Below, piece by piece: positions 39,301 through 52,125 of a stretch of 64,000 nucleotides of DNA. The translations under genes and the position numbers were made by a program. Below the pieces are notes generated by a model. It was not told the origin of the DNA, did not search any database, and saw only the letters and a list, made by a program, of their open reading frames with translations. Every line of letters starts with the position of its first letter. Position 1 is the first letter of the stretch. Source of the stretch: Ginglymostoma cirratum (Eukaryota); contig JAHRHZ010000032.1 in the NCBI GenBank assembly GCA_024137785.1, forward strand, positions 14,556,400 through 14,620,399, written 5' to 3'.

Positions 39301-39779
39301 AATGCAATTCCTGGATACCGGACAGTGTGCTAAGTGAGTGACAGAAATACGATATATCAAACAATGTGACAGGCTAGTTGAGCAGTGGGTACAAGAAGCC
39401 ATGTGAAGCTATGTGCCTTGATCACTACATACTGATCTAAAACTCTATAATACTTTAAAGGTAGGTGTAGGGCTTCAGAGATAGTGGCTGTGAGTTCCAG
39501 ATCAAGTAGTGGTGCTTTTTCATCATTCTAATTCTTGTATCTCTAAAAGCAGAAAACCAGAGAATCAAAGAGAAAGCTTGAGAGGAGTGGGATTGAGTGA
39601 AAAGTGTGGGGTCTGTGGTGACAATATCTGGCAGTTTGTTCATCACATCAGAAAGCAGGGAAAGGTAACAGATAACTGGAGAGTGAGGAGGGAGATTAAA
39701 CACGAACACGTTATGGCCTTCAATACTTTAGGTGGCAGGTTAGTTGCAACCAACCCTATAGTGAGAGAGGAGATAGAAA

Positions 39780-41100
39780 TTATTTTTTAATAAATTTAAT
39801 CTTGTTCTAAATTAGTTAATTAAGAACAAAAATTGCGCGTTTATGACAGGTGTCAGGTAGTAAACAATCAAAACCAAGCTGAATACAGAAGAATCAGAAG
39901 GGTGGTGAAAAAGCAAATAGGGAAACTGAAGGGGAATTATGAAAAAGGGACTGACAGCTAAAATACAGGGAAACCCATAGTCTTCTAACGTCACATAAAG
40001 ATTAAAAAAAGGTGGTAAATGGAGAAGTATGGCATTACACAAGGATTTATACAGGGAGGCAGGCAGCATGGTAGAGATATTAAATAAATACTGTATTTAC
40101 CTACTAGGTAGATGCTGCTCAGGCATAGTGGCAGAGAAGGAAATTAAGTCACTAACAGAGGTTAAAACTGACAAGGAGGAGCTATTGGATAGACTATCAG
40201 TACTTGCATTTGATAAGAACTACGACCAGATGAGGTTCAACAAAGAACATTGATGGAAGAGAGAATGGAAACTACAGGGGTCTTGACAATAATTTTTCAT
40301 TCTTCCCTGGAGTCAAGGGAAAGGAGGAGACATTATGGGTTCCAGGAGACTGGAAAATTGAAGATGTTATGCCCTTGTTCAAAAAGGTTTGTAAGGGTGA
40401 GCAGAGCAAAATACAGATCTGGCAGTTCAACTTCAGTGTTGGGGCGATGCTGGGGAGATTTCTAGATATTCAGGGTTAATAGCCACATGGAAAAAATATG
40501 GATTAATGTGAAGGTTTGTTAAATCATGTCTAACAATCTAGCTGGAGCTTTTAGAAGGGGTAACAGAGAGTGCTGATTAGGTAATACTCTTGATTTGGTG
40601 TTCATGGACTCTAAGACCTCAGTCCTGGGCACCATACCATAGGAATGGTGTGAACACATTCGATTGAGTGCAGAAGTTATTAACTAGAGTGATTGTGTGG
40701 ATGACTAACTTCAGGTTAGAGAAGTTGGGACTATTTTCTTTGAAGAGGAGAAGCATAAGGAGATATAATGGTTCTCAAAATCTTGTTGGGTCTGGACAGA
40801 GCAGATAGTGAGAATCCATTCCTGCTTATAAGACGATGAGGAAAACTAGAAGGTGCAAATTTAAAGTGTTTTGCAAAAGAAACAAAAGCAAGGTGAGAAA
40901 AACATTCACAGTGAGTAGTTAAGGTCTGGAATGGACCTGTTGGATATGTGCTGAAGGAAGTTCACTTGAGGCATTCAAAATAGCTTTGAATGACTATTTA
41001 AGTAGAAATAGTGTGCAGTGGTGTGGGAAATGGCAGGAGATTGGGAGTAAGCCAAAATGCTTAGAGAGCTGGTGCAGAATGGCCTCTGACTGCATCATAA
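39780..41100 (+). mobile_element. Old, internally deleted CR1 LINE
   Basis: MVEILNKY, ctggaaaattgaagatgtta (DWKxANV-like), C-terminal LEKLGLFSL-like segment and tail. Confidence 0.75.
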
Positions 41101-41329
41101 TATTTCATTGAAAACAGCCATAAAATCTTCTTGAGCAAATCCTAGATCTTACTGATCAGCAAAGAGAAGCATGCCATTGTTGTGGACATGAATGTACTAG
41201 CCATTGTGGTGCAACTGAATATGGTGATCACACAAATGCTTAGTAAATAGTCACAGTCTACTGTGTTTGGTGGCTACAACTGTAATTCTCAAACAGGAAT
41301 TGTGAGCCAGGCTTCAAGCAATAAGTGAC

Positions 41330-41830
41330 GATGGGAGGGGTAGCATTGAGAAGGGAACAAGCTCATCTCCAAAGGCCCTCTCTGCAGGGAGAAGCACCTT
41401 TGTCAGGTTGAAGGGTGGATGTAGGAACACTGTAGTGAGAAAAGATAAAGTATCAAAGTGTAGTATTATTGTATTCTGGGAATACCATGCTGATGAAAAT
41501 AAGGCTTGGTACCATTGGTAGTGAAGGGATTCTAGTAGAGATAGAATGAGTGGGAGGAAGTAGAGAGAAGGGTATTGCCCTTACCCTGGTGCAGTGGGAT
41601 GGTACTTTCTTATGGCAATGTTAGCCATTCCTCCAGACTGTGCAGAAGGTATTAGCCTGAATAGTGAGATCAGACCAGATTGCTAGAGGCTGGTGTCACG
41701 TTCTCCTCTACTGGTCTTCTAGAAAGAGGATGACCTCTGCACAACTTCCTTGATCAGATCCTCTAAATTCCTGTCAGAGAATTGTCTGATACCTTCAGAG
41801 CCTCACCAGTCACAGAGGAGGGAAGTTTTA
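41330..41830 (-). mobile_element. Harbinger Myb/SANT-like remnant
   Basis: Reverse strand near 41785-41680 reads QFSDRNLEDLIKEVVQR, homologous to the 47870 copy. Confidence 0.55.
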
Positions 41831-43839
41831 GAATGCCAGTGCTAGTCTGTGTGCACAATGGCCTTTTAAAGATGGCAAAGGTTCAAGGGACAATGGTAGG
41901 TATCCATTGAGGGGCAAATTGTTCTGGGAATGGGTGCGTGGTAAGCAACGGCTAGAATTGGAATTTAGGGATGCCAAGGAGAGGGTTAGATCAATAATGA
42001 GGTGAGTTTGTTCAGATATGGCAAGAAAACTGTCCAGAATTCGTGGTTGAAATCTCTGCAAAAATCTTGACATAATTGAGACTTAGCCAATAGAATACAG
42101 GTTTTCACTCTATCGTGATGGTGTGGCTCTCTACATTCAGATCCCCTTTCTCATAGCCCTTCCTATGAACCCCATTGGCTTTGCACCTCCTCAGGTCCTT
42201 ATCCAACCCAAATACATGAACCCTCTCCTGCCCACTTTTCCACTCCTGTCCCGGGTATATGAAGTGCCCATGCCAGGTGTGGTCATACACTATCACTCAC
42301 GTGAAGCCAGGATGCTTTTGAAGGTGGACAAAATAAGTCTCTCACATGATCCCTTGCCATCCATATCCCTGCCCTGCAGATACTGTTGCCCCCGCTAGTC
42401 ATCTCCCCTATACCCCAACCAATAGACCAAAATCCCAAGGAATACATGCCTGAGTCTCCTTCCAATTGCAGTGGACTCCCATACTTCACATATTCCTCTT
42501 TCCATTGGCTTCTGTGAAGAGACCTGACAAGACTGTTCATGGTGCACTTCCTTGTGTGATTTAATGGATTAGTCCTAGATAAGAAGTGCCCCAGCTTTTG
42601 TACATTTCCCTGATAACGTTAGCCCTACTCTTTGGACTGGCTGCTATAGTGCCACAAGGCAGACTGTGACCTACTCACTGGACTGCACAGGCATGGATTC
42701 CCATACTGAGAGCACTATGCCAGATACCTGAACATGGCAATCCCCTGGTCTGCTATAGGAGGCTGCCCCTGGCTTACTGTGCTGGCACGCCTGACTGACA
42801 GGGGCCTCCTTGGATTTTGATGAGGACAACCCCCGGCCAAACTTTGAGACATGGCTGCTTGCTTGATGCACATGCAGTGTGTTTGCCATTTAAGCTGCTG
42901 GCACATGGTATGGCCCAGGTGTGGCACACGGCAAGATATGCATGCCCTTGACTGAAGACTGCTGACTATCAAGGCTAAATACCTAGTTATCTGACTGTAT
43001 TAATCGGCAAGGCAAGGAATGGATGCTGTAATCTTGGAGGTAAGCACTAAGTGAGTGAGCAGTAAGAGAGTAAACCCTGAGATGCAGCCTGGTCTAATCT
43101 GGGAACTATGTGCCCGTACCACTGTGCAGTTTCCTTGCAGCAACCTTTCAACACTAGTTGCTGGTGTGCCCTGCAATGCAAATCTGTGCTTCCAAAGCAC
43201 AGTGCCTGTGTGTTATAGAGGTACCATGATGGTCATGAAGGTTGGCAAATGCAGCATGCCAATATCCATGGGTGTAAGAGTTGTGACGCCTATGAATTGT
43301 ACATGGCAATGTATCTTGGTTTTATGCAACATGGAAGTCCTTCAGAACAGCAGGCAAGTTGAATCTACCAGCTACCAGCCATGGTTTCTATGTCAGGTTG
43401 TCTAGACATCTATCTTGTTTGCAGATTTGGTAAGATAGAAAGCTGAATATTAATGAAGCAAGTTGGGTCATTAACAAGACATTTAACAAACAATAATTCC
43501 CCTTAATTGTCAACTCGTCACTGCCTGGTGAGAAACCTGGTGGGGGGGTTGGAGGTGGGGGGGACGCGACTTGTCATCAACAGATGGAACGAGATGGTCC
43601 TCACATCGAGATGGACTTTGCTGAACTTCTCATCCAGTTCTACTACAAATCCTGCTGTAACCAATCATATCTCTACAAGATTTAGCTTTAATTTCTAAAT
43701 TTGTAGATGACATGAAACAGGCATGGGTGAGAGAGCGATTGTCAATACTGGACCACTGCGACATTTTGCAGGAAAAAAGCTTACAAACTCACAGAAAGGG
43801 TAAATATTGAAAGTGAAGTTTAGCACATAGATATGAAGA

Positions 43840-44810
43840 AGTACATTTAACAGAAAAATAGTGAGGTCACTTTTTGGAAAGTCCAAGTCTAGATGATCAA
43901 CGAACAAAGGGATCCGTAAATACACTAATCACTAAAAGTTGTGCCTGAGCTTAATGAGGGTACAAAACAAAATAAGCATGAGGGACTTCATTTCTAAAGG
44001 AATAAAATTTAGAAATAATGAAGTTATGCTGAATTTTGGTTAGAGCAGAAATCAGACTATTGCACAGATTTCACCATGAGTAGGGTATGGAGGTACTGAA
44101 AAGTGTGTAAAGAGGATTGTTAAGAATTATACCAGAAATATGAGAGTATAAACATCTGAAAAGGATTGATAAATTGAATGTCTTTGCTGCCGTAAAAGAA
44201 GATTGAGGAGTGAACTATTAGATGTATCTAAGTTTATGTTTGATAAAGCAGATATAGATGCATGTTGTGTCTTGTGGTAAACGGTATCACTTGCAGCTAT
44301 CAATATAAGAAAACCACCAGGAAATCCAATACGAAATTGAGAAGCAACTTTCTCCCACAGATTGGTAACGTGGATCTCAGAACCCTGGGAACCGTTTGAA
44401 GTGAATACTACAAATATTTTTAAGGACAAATAGACCAGCATATAATGAAGAAGGGAATAGATGGTTATGAAAGTAGATTTAGATGAGCAGAAATAGGAAA
44501 ATACTCATGTGGAGAATGAAATAACTCCTTAAGGGTTGGTATCTTGTCACCAAGTCACCCTTTATTTACACGTGCATACAGCATGGCACTGACCCAGCTA
44601 GCTCATAGTTATCTCCTAAGTGAACAGAACCCCTGACACTTTTGTTTATGTCTGTCAGCCAGGACTCACTGATCTGACCAGGTTAGCAGCCCCAATCAGG
44701 GAATTCATACTCAATGCAATCCATTTAGTTGACTTCATTCCAACCACAGCAGAGAATAAATACTGACATGGTTGATTGGGCTGAATGGCCTGTTTCTGTT
44801 CTGTGTGGTC
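43840..44810 (+). mobile_element. Old CR1 3' portion interrupted by a solo LTR
   Basis: agaagattgaggagtgaactattaga; 3' UTR ttgggctgaatggcctgtttctg resumes after 44756. Confidence 0.7.
44517..44751 (-). mobile_element. Short solo LTR (235 bp)
   Basis: TG...CA termini, 5-bp TSD gagaa (44512-44516, 44752-44756), AATAAA on the minus strand at 44561-44566. Confidence 0.75.
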
Positions 44811-45099
44811 TATTTCAGAATTGGATAAATCAAAATTGAGAAATTTCACTCACAATTTATTGAGCAAAGGATATACCACATCAAAAACATCGCTGCTACC
44901 ATCACTTATAGAAGCCTGAACAAACCTTAACTTTTAAAAGAATAAAACATGTAAATAATTGTTTCTATTATTCTTATCTATATCTTAATTTCATCTTTCT
45001 TTCCCTCCGGCTTTTTGTTGCTGATTTGACATTAACTTTAATTATCTGACTAGTTAATTGGTTGGTCACAACGTTATGAAGTTTCATAGTAGTGCTAAT

Positions 45100-45190
45100 G
45101 CGTTAACTCCTGTTTCTCCACAAACGTTGTCTGACCTGACCTTTTCTAGGGTTTTCTGTTTTTATGTCAGATTTCCAGCATCCACAATAT
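45100..45190 (+). mobile_element. Old Penelope 3'-end fragment
   Basis: cgttaactc...tcagatttccagcatccaca resembles the family A tail. Confidence 0.55.
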
Positions 45191-47047
45191 TTCATTATCT
45201 GGTTGCTTGTCCTGTTCAGGGCCTTGTTTCCATATAGAGGGTACCAAACTGTTTTGACTCTCTAATTACGGCAAATCACAGCGTAAAAGTTCACTGAAAG
45301 TCCATAAGCAAGTTTAAGTGTAATGAACAGTAAGTACTGTTCATTCCCTGCTGACTGCAAAACCTAAGCCACTTAAAATAAATACAGGCCATTGCACTAG
45401 TAACCTTTCGTACTAATATAATGGTAAATTCTAGGGATTTATAAATTAATCTTCATAATGCCTCCAATCAAATACTGAACTTTTTCTTTTATGTAAACAC
45501 CTAATGGAAAATTACACTTTGGGTGGAGACTGAACGAAGTCTATAGTCGACATCCTAACATTGGTCCAGGAAAATAAACCCAAAAAATGTTTCTTTCAAT
45601 TAAATGTAACTGTTTCCAATTTGCATAATTGGTAACAATGCGATTGGGACCAGAACAATATTTGAATCAATACGAGATAATTTTAGATTCCTAATGTGCA
45701 ATCTAATTACATTTCCGACCCAATTTACTGGACAACAAGGCTTGTTGATTTAACTATTATTTGCACAGCATTATGTTGTATTTAACCAACATACCCTGAG
45801 ATTGTATTGGTAAAATCTACACAGTTCACTGCCAAGGACATGTGTATTTTTGTTTCCTTTACATAGCACTGAAAATCCAAAAAAAGACTGAGTCAAAACT
45901 TTATTTTAGAGCTCCACATAGCAAATGACTTCTAGCATGTTTAAACAGTGACTGTTTTGATAGACGTAATCAGGATTTAATAATATAATTACAAAATAAA
46001 ATCCATTTGGTCAAGAAATAGCAGAAGCAGATGAACGTATGACACTTGAATTTCTTTTTGCCTCTACAGCAGCAAATTTATTTTCTTATTCCATGTGAAA
46101 GGTAACTTTACAGCTCAGTAATGTAATATTTCAGGGCAGTAAAATTAAATGAAATATAATATATCCCTTAGTGCAATTATAATGCTGAGGTTATTGGAAA
46201 ACAAAGGAAAACAAAATATATATTTTGTTTATAAACTTTATTTGAACTGCAAGAGAAAATTATTGTTTGAAATCATTATTTATTTATATCTTTGTGGTGT
46301 GTATCAGCTGATTTTTCATTATGTTGCAAATGGGGAATTAATGCTAAATCTAATTTCAAAATTAAACAGTGTGAGAAATATCAGAGAATAATTGGATCAA
46401 GGTGTGCACATGTAATTCAATGTGCTTTAGGTTCAGGGCTGAATTTATTTAATTAATTTCCTCTGTTTCCCTATTCAACTGTTCCTTTTCTAAGTTCATG
46501 AAGTCTGCCAGAAATCTATTTAATTTATTATCAAATGTAATTTAATTTATTAATTCAGCGATGGAGCTTATTTCATGCTTTCATTACCTTGCCCACCTGC
46601 AAGAGTAGAGTTCCCAAATCGGTAATATAAAAGCAGCTTAAAAATAATACATTTTTAACTCAATCTTCTGGTCTCGTCATGTGCAACACTGGAAGAGTCC
46701 ACGTTTTATGTTCAGACAACCTTGTTCCCAAGGAAAACAGTACCAACTATTCTATTCTCACTTCATAGCCAAAGTCAATCACTAGGTAACATCTTCACTA
46801 CATTCCTAAGCCAATTGCAACTTTTCTGAAATGGTGCTCAGAAATATCCACAATACTCCAGCTAAGGCATAAAAGATGATTTGTGTAGTTCATTATCTTT
46901 GAACAGTGACCCACTATTTTAAACAGATGTCTGTCTTAGTTTCTAAGTATCAAATCATGATTCAGATTGCCAATGTGGCAGGAGATCTGTTAACAATATT
47001 AATCAATAATTTACAACAATGAATTGGATGGATGGCTGGGTGGTTGA

Positions 47048-47166
47048 GAGCTCTTGTGGTGCAGTGGTAGTGTCTCTACTTCTGAGTCTGGTGATCTGGG
47101 TTCAAGTCCCACCTCTTCCAGAGCTGATTTATAACATCTCTGAACAGGTTGATTAGAAAATATCTA
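47048..47166 (+). mobile_element. Short tRNA-derived SINE
   Basis: tggtgcagtgg (A box) and ggttcaagtccc (B box); no full cloverleaf. Confidence 0.7.
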
Positions 47167-47359
47167 CAACCATTAAATTTTCACTGATCCATGAGACATA
47201 TTCTACAACATGTTTGAAACCTGATTGTTTCTACATATTAATTACTTACTCAGCTATGAGGCTATGTATTATTATTGTTATTATTATTTCCATAGCCTTA
47301 ATCTCCCTTAGCCTTAGTTAAGAGTTAGATGAAGAAATGGAGCATTGCTAATGAGGCTA

Positions 47360-47720
47360 AGAAAGGTGACACAGTAACTAATGTGGATGGGAGAAGAAAG
47401 TTGTAAAGTAATTCTGGAAGATTAAGCATGTGGATAAAGCTGTGACAGATGAAGTTTAATGTGGGGAAATGTGAGGTCACCAAATTTTAACTTAGAAAGC
47501 TAGTACTGAATATTTTGTGATTCGGAAGAAGCTGGAACTGGACAGAATCAAGGTGATTTCTGGATCGACACACTAAAAGTATTAAAATACAAGGGCTAAT
47601 GGTATGGTAACACTTACCTCAAGGGGCTGGAATAGGAGAGAAGTTATGCTCAAATTGTATAAACTTTGTTTAAAGTATATCTGATGTACTGATTTGTAAT
47701 CTTACAACATTTCTGGAAAT
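47360..47720 (+). mobile_element. Degraded CR1 RT fragment
   Basis: cagatgaagtttaatgtggggaaatgtgaggt = QMKFNVGKCEV. Confidence 0.7.
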
Positions 47721-47849
47721 TGTTCAATATGTGGAAGCTGAATTCATATTGGTAACAGTTTGATTTTTATTGAAGCCTAAGTAAGAGGTAATAAATGGTG
47801 GGTAACAATGACCTGCTTGGTCAGAGGCAGATTCTGAACATTTTGAAGA

Positions 47850-49330
47850 AGGGGAGGATAACACCATGATTCTCTGACAGGGATCTGGAAGTCCTGGTCT
47901 TAAGGGGTCATGAAGAGGACGGCCATTCTCTTCCTGAAGGACTGACTGAGGAAGGTATGTCACCAGACATTGGCAGCCTTATTAGATATGGTTAACCAGA
48001 TCAATGCTGCATGCAAGGTTCAGTGGAATGGTCAGCAGTGCTGTAAGAAGGTCAATGACTTTCTCTGTTGTGCAAGTATAATTACCACGCTCAACTATCT
48101 GCTACCTCATACTCACTTTATCTCTACTACTGTACCCATCTCTCACAAAGTCTCATGTTCTGCCACTCTCACTGTTGCCTGCAACATTCTCCTTCACTTG
48201 CTGTTGTCTCCACCAACCTCCCAAGCCATTAACCCTACACTCCCTCTGCACGGCCTTCTCATTCACTTGAAACATCTCTCCTCCTGCATCAGCATGAAGA
48301 ATCATGCGTCCAACTTTTATTTCAAATAGTCCTTCCCTTTCTTTCATTTGAGGAGAAGCACTGAAGGAGGCAGAAAGAACCTGTAAAGGTGAAGGGATAT
48401 TGGATATCAAACTCCTCACACCATACAAGGAGAGAATCCTGGTCCTCACGGGAGTAGGCCAGGACAAGTCCGGTGAGGATGTCAAGACATCCATGTCCCA
48501 TCGAATGAGTAAGTACTGCTTTTCATCCCACTGCAATACCCACTGCCATCCATTTTACATCAGTTCTGATCACTGGTTATGTCTTGCAAATATATGTCTA
48601 GCAACTGTCCCTGAAGATACCTTCTCAACCTCTGTGGATAAGAATTTCAAGATCTTAGAGGAAGCTTTTTTTTATTCAGTCATGGGATGAGGGCATCACT
48701 AACTAGGCCAGCATTTATTGCCCATCTCTAATTTCCCAGGGAACAGTTATAAGTCAACCACATTGCTGTGGGTTTGGAGTTACATGTAGGCCAGACCAGG
48801 TAAGGATAGCTGTTTCCTTCCCTAAAGGGCGTTAGTAAACCAGATGGGTATTTCCAACAATTGGCAATGGATTCACAGTCATCATTAGACTCTTAATTCC
48901 AGATATTTATTGAATTCAAATTGCCCCATCTGCCACGGTGGAATACAAACCCAGGTCCCCTGAAATTACCTGGATCTCTGGATTAACAGTCCAGCAATAA
49001 TACCACTAGGCCATTGCCTCCACAACTTTGCAGAAAGCATCTGCAAGGTTGCCTCCTGCATCCCCGGTGGCACCTCATGAGAACATTAGGCAAAGACAGT
49101 GTGGGACACAAACTGGTGAACACCTCACTGTGATAGCTCCAGAGCTGGCTGAAGAAGAAACCCCCCAGCTGTTGGCATGCCAGAGATCAGGCATCTGCTC
49201 AGCCACACGTAGGAGATGACCCAGTGATGTCAGCAATCAGAGACTTCATCCACATGCTCAGGGGGAAACAGGAGCAGCAGACAGATCTGTGGGTTGCAGT
49301 CGCCCTCAGTGCCCAGCTCATTAACTCGAC
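47850..49330 (+). mobile_element. Harbinger Myb/SANT-like ORF remnant (SINE inserted at 48668-49021)
   Basis: FSDRDLEVLV...MVNQINAACKVQWNGQQCCKKVND, resembling Myb_DNA-bind_5/trihelix (W...R...QC.KK.ND). Confidence 0.65.
48668..49021 (-). mobile_element. tRNA-derived SINE (same family as 5692-6030), near full length
   Basis: Minus strand ggaggcaatggcctagtgg...gggtttgtattcc...gggcaataaatgctggcctag. Confidence 0.85.
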
Positions 49331-49389
49331 AAGAGGCAGTAAGAGGTATAGCAGTTAGCTGCCCACTTTATCAGAGATTGGAATGAGTC

Positions 49390-49760
49390 TAACTTGCCTC
49401 CTTCATGTTCCAGGAGGGTGCAGATGTCAGCAGCTGATATCCCCTGAGACCTGAATTGCTGAGGAACTGATGTTCAATGTCCAGGGAGCTGGTGAAGATC
49501 TTAGCCCCTCCCAGCTGGATCTCAATATTCCATCTTCTCTTCCTAGAGTGGATGAGGAGATCACAGTTGGTATTGCAGATTATGTTGCTCTGTTGCAACA
49601 GTTCCTGTTGGAATTGGTGTTGTTTCTCTATATGTCTCTTATCATGGCTATTCCCATGCCATTGGAAAGACATGAGCAAGAGGGCTTATTGCTCGCCCTG
49701 AATCCCAGAAGGTGGCAAGATAATGTCAGGATACTGATTCATGTCTTTTTTAGGGGAATT
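49390..49760 (-). pseudogene. Possible Harbinger transposase 5' remnant
   Basis: Minus strand gctgacatctgcaccctcctggaacat = ADICTLLEH, comparable to CQLLEQ in the 30150 copy. Confidence 0.4.
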
Positions 49761-51396
49761 AACCAACAATAAAAGCCCAAATCTTACTCCCGTGGCCTTG
49801 GGCGCTATACCTGCTATGGCAAGGTTTAATACACTCTCAAGTAGCAAGTTTAGACACGGGGGTCATTTGATCAGAGGAGGGAACATAGAACTGAGTTGCC
49901 TGTCCCCACCTAATTAAGTCCAGTCTGGGAAAGCTCATAGTTGGTAGTCTGATCCTATGACTAGGCATTTAATCATCTAGTGGCAGGCAGGGAACTTGTG
50001 CATTGCATTTGCTTGCAGCCTCTAGGTATGTGTGTGGAAAGTGGGGCTGCAGAAAGCCACCCTTCACTCTTTCTTCTGAATGCCCCCATCCACCCACCAC
50101 AGCAACCCAACCCCACTACATCACCACTGCCAACAATTAGCCAAAACTCCTTTCTCTGTGACACCTACCATCACTCACCTCTGGTTTATGTTGATCTTAA
50201 CCCTAGGTTTCTATCTGAGTTCTTTATTGACTCCTGCTCCTAGTGGCACCACTGGTAATAGAGAGCCAGCAGGTTCTCCAACTAGCAGATAAAACCCTGT
50301 TACCAAGGTCATATTCTGTCCTGTTTCTTTTCCCCAACTTGCTCAAATTTCATCTTACTGAAACAGAAAATGCAGCTAAAATGTATCAACAATCATGCAC
50401 ATTTCCTTAAATAATATCTTGACAATAATAAACAAGCAACGCCAACAAGTTCTCATTTTGTATTAAACACATGTTGTATCAACACCACTGTCTTTGTCTT
50501 CACCTCAGGATCGAAACTTTAAAGTTGAATTTCTTGTCATTGTTTGTACTTTACATCAATGACTGCAGGACTGAACAGAATCAATTTCAGTATTAATGGT
50601 GTTAGGGGCTAAAATTTTCTGCAATGTCCCTGTACTCAAAAGGTTGATAAATCAAGCCAAGGCTTCTATTTGAGATTCCTTTTCAATTATTTTCTACTTG
50701 AGAAAAAAGGTTGTATTTGGATATTCACAGAGCCTTAACGAATTGACCCTCATTTGTTGAGCCTGTTAAAGATTAAAGTCCAGAAATTCAGACCATACAG
50801 TGGGCACATCACAGATGTCATTGCTGAGTTGGAGTGAGGGCCCTGTTTCATTATTGGTGCTTTCTCATAGCATCATACTGTCATAAATTGGCCATTGCCA
50901 AACAAAAATGTATCTTTGAATTTTTTGCTAAATTTCAGGATTAAAACAATCTTCTGAGCAGTCATACAATTGTACGAGCAATCTGCTAATAATTCCTTCA
51001 TATCATATTGCTATTTATTGTACACCCGGCTGCACCGTATATGGCTTATCATGTGCAATTTTGAGCACTGTGTCTTTTAAAGTGGAAAAAATTGTACCCA
51101 AATATTGAGAGGCCCTAATGAGAGATTCATGGGATGTGTCAATCATTACGAAGAAGTTAGTGGATATAAGGAAACTATAAACAAAGTTAATGTACTGCCC
51201 ATTTTCCAAAATGATGACAAATATCTTTGAACAACAATAAACACAATAATATTGCTATTGTTCCTACAAAAGTAATGGAATTGATTATCAGGAATAAACA
51301 TGATGGTTGTCATAATCTAATCATTGCACTCAATATAATTTTAGACGAAGAAAAGAGGTAAGTACTGAAGGTGGAGAAAAAGCATTGGTTGAGGCA

Positions 51397-51497
51397 TTTT
51401 CTGAAGAAGGGTCTTGACCCAAAGTGTCAACTTTCCTGCTCCTCTGATGCTGCCTGACCTGCTGTGTTCCTCCAGCTCCACACTGTGTTGTCTTAGA
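51397..51497 (+). mobile_element. Penelope 3'-end fragment (family B), hammerhead core mutated
   Basis: ctgaagaagggtcttgacccaaagtgtc...ctccacactgtgttgtct. Confidence 0.8.
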
Positions 51498-51884
51498 TAA
51501 AGAAAATCCTACTTGCCTCACTATCTTAATTTCATTGATGAACTATCAGCTCATACTTGACGGTAAGGAATCTTACAATATTATAGTCTCAGTCTTACAA
51601 AAGGCATTTGATAAAGTTTCATCTGGCAGTTTACAGATTAAGTTACATGCTCTAGGGATTTATGAATGACTTGTGCTCAGGAAGTTCCCAGAAGTGGTAT
51701 TGAGAGAAAAAAAAATGACCAGTTTAATTGCTTTTATTTGTATTGTTTAAAAAGGTGAATGATGGCCGGTACCACCAACTGTGATGGGGTTATTGAAACC
51801 TTATCTCACCTCCATCATCCAAAAAATACAGCATGTTATCCATTTACATTTCAACTGTAAGGCAATCAGCTCTGTCCCTTTTGT

Positions 51885-52125
51885 TTTTATTGATTCCCAG
51901 AATGTGGGCTTCACTGGCTAGACCAGCATTTGTCCATCCCAAATTGCCCAGAGGGCAGTTAAGAGCTATTCACATTCCTACAAATCTGAAGTCACGTGTA
52001 GGCCAGATCACATAAGGACAGCAGATTTCCTTCTGTGCCACGGTGGGATTCAAACCTGGGTCCCCAGATTATTACCTGGGTCTCTGAATTAATAGTCTGT
52101 TGATAAAAACACTAGGCCATTACCT
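51885..52125 (-). mobile_element. tRNA-derived SINE with internal deletion
   Basis: Colinear with 48668-49021, middle missing. Confidence 0.8.

Noticed and set aside
45322-45345. 11-bp perfect inverted repeat aatgaacagta-ag-tactgttcatt
   Set aside because: Short and isolated; likely part of an old repeat or chance
47048-47125. tRNA gene
   Set aside because: Only A/B boxes; no proper acceptor stem, and it continues into a SINE body
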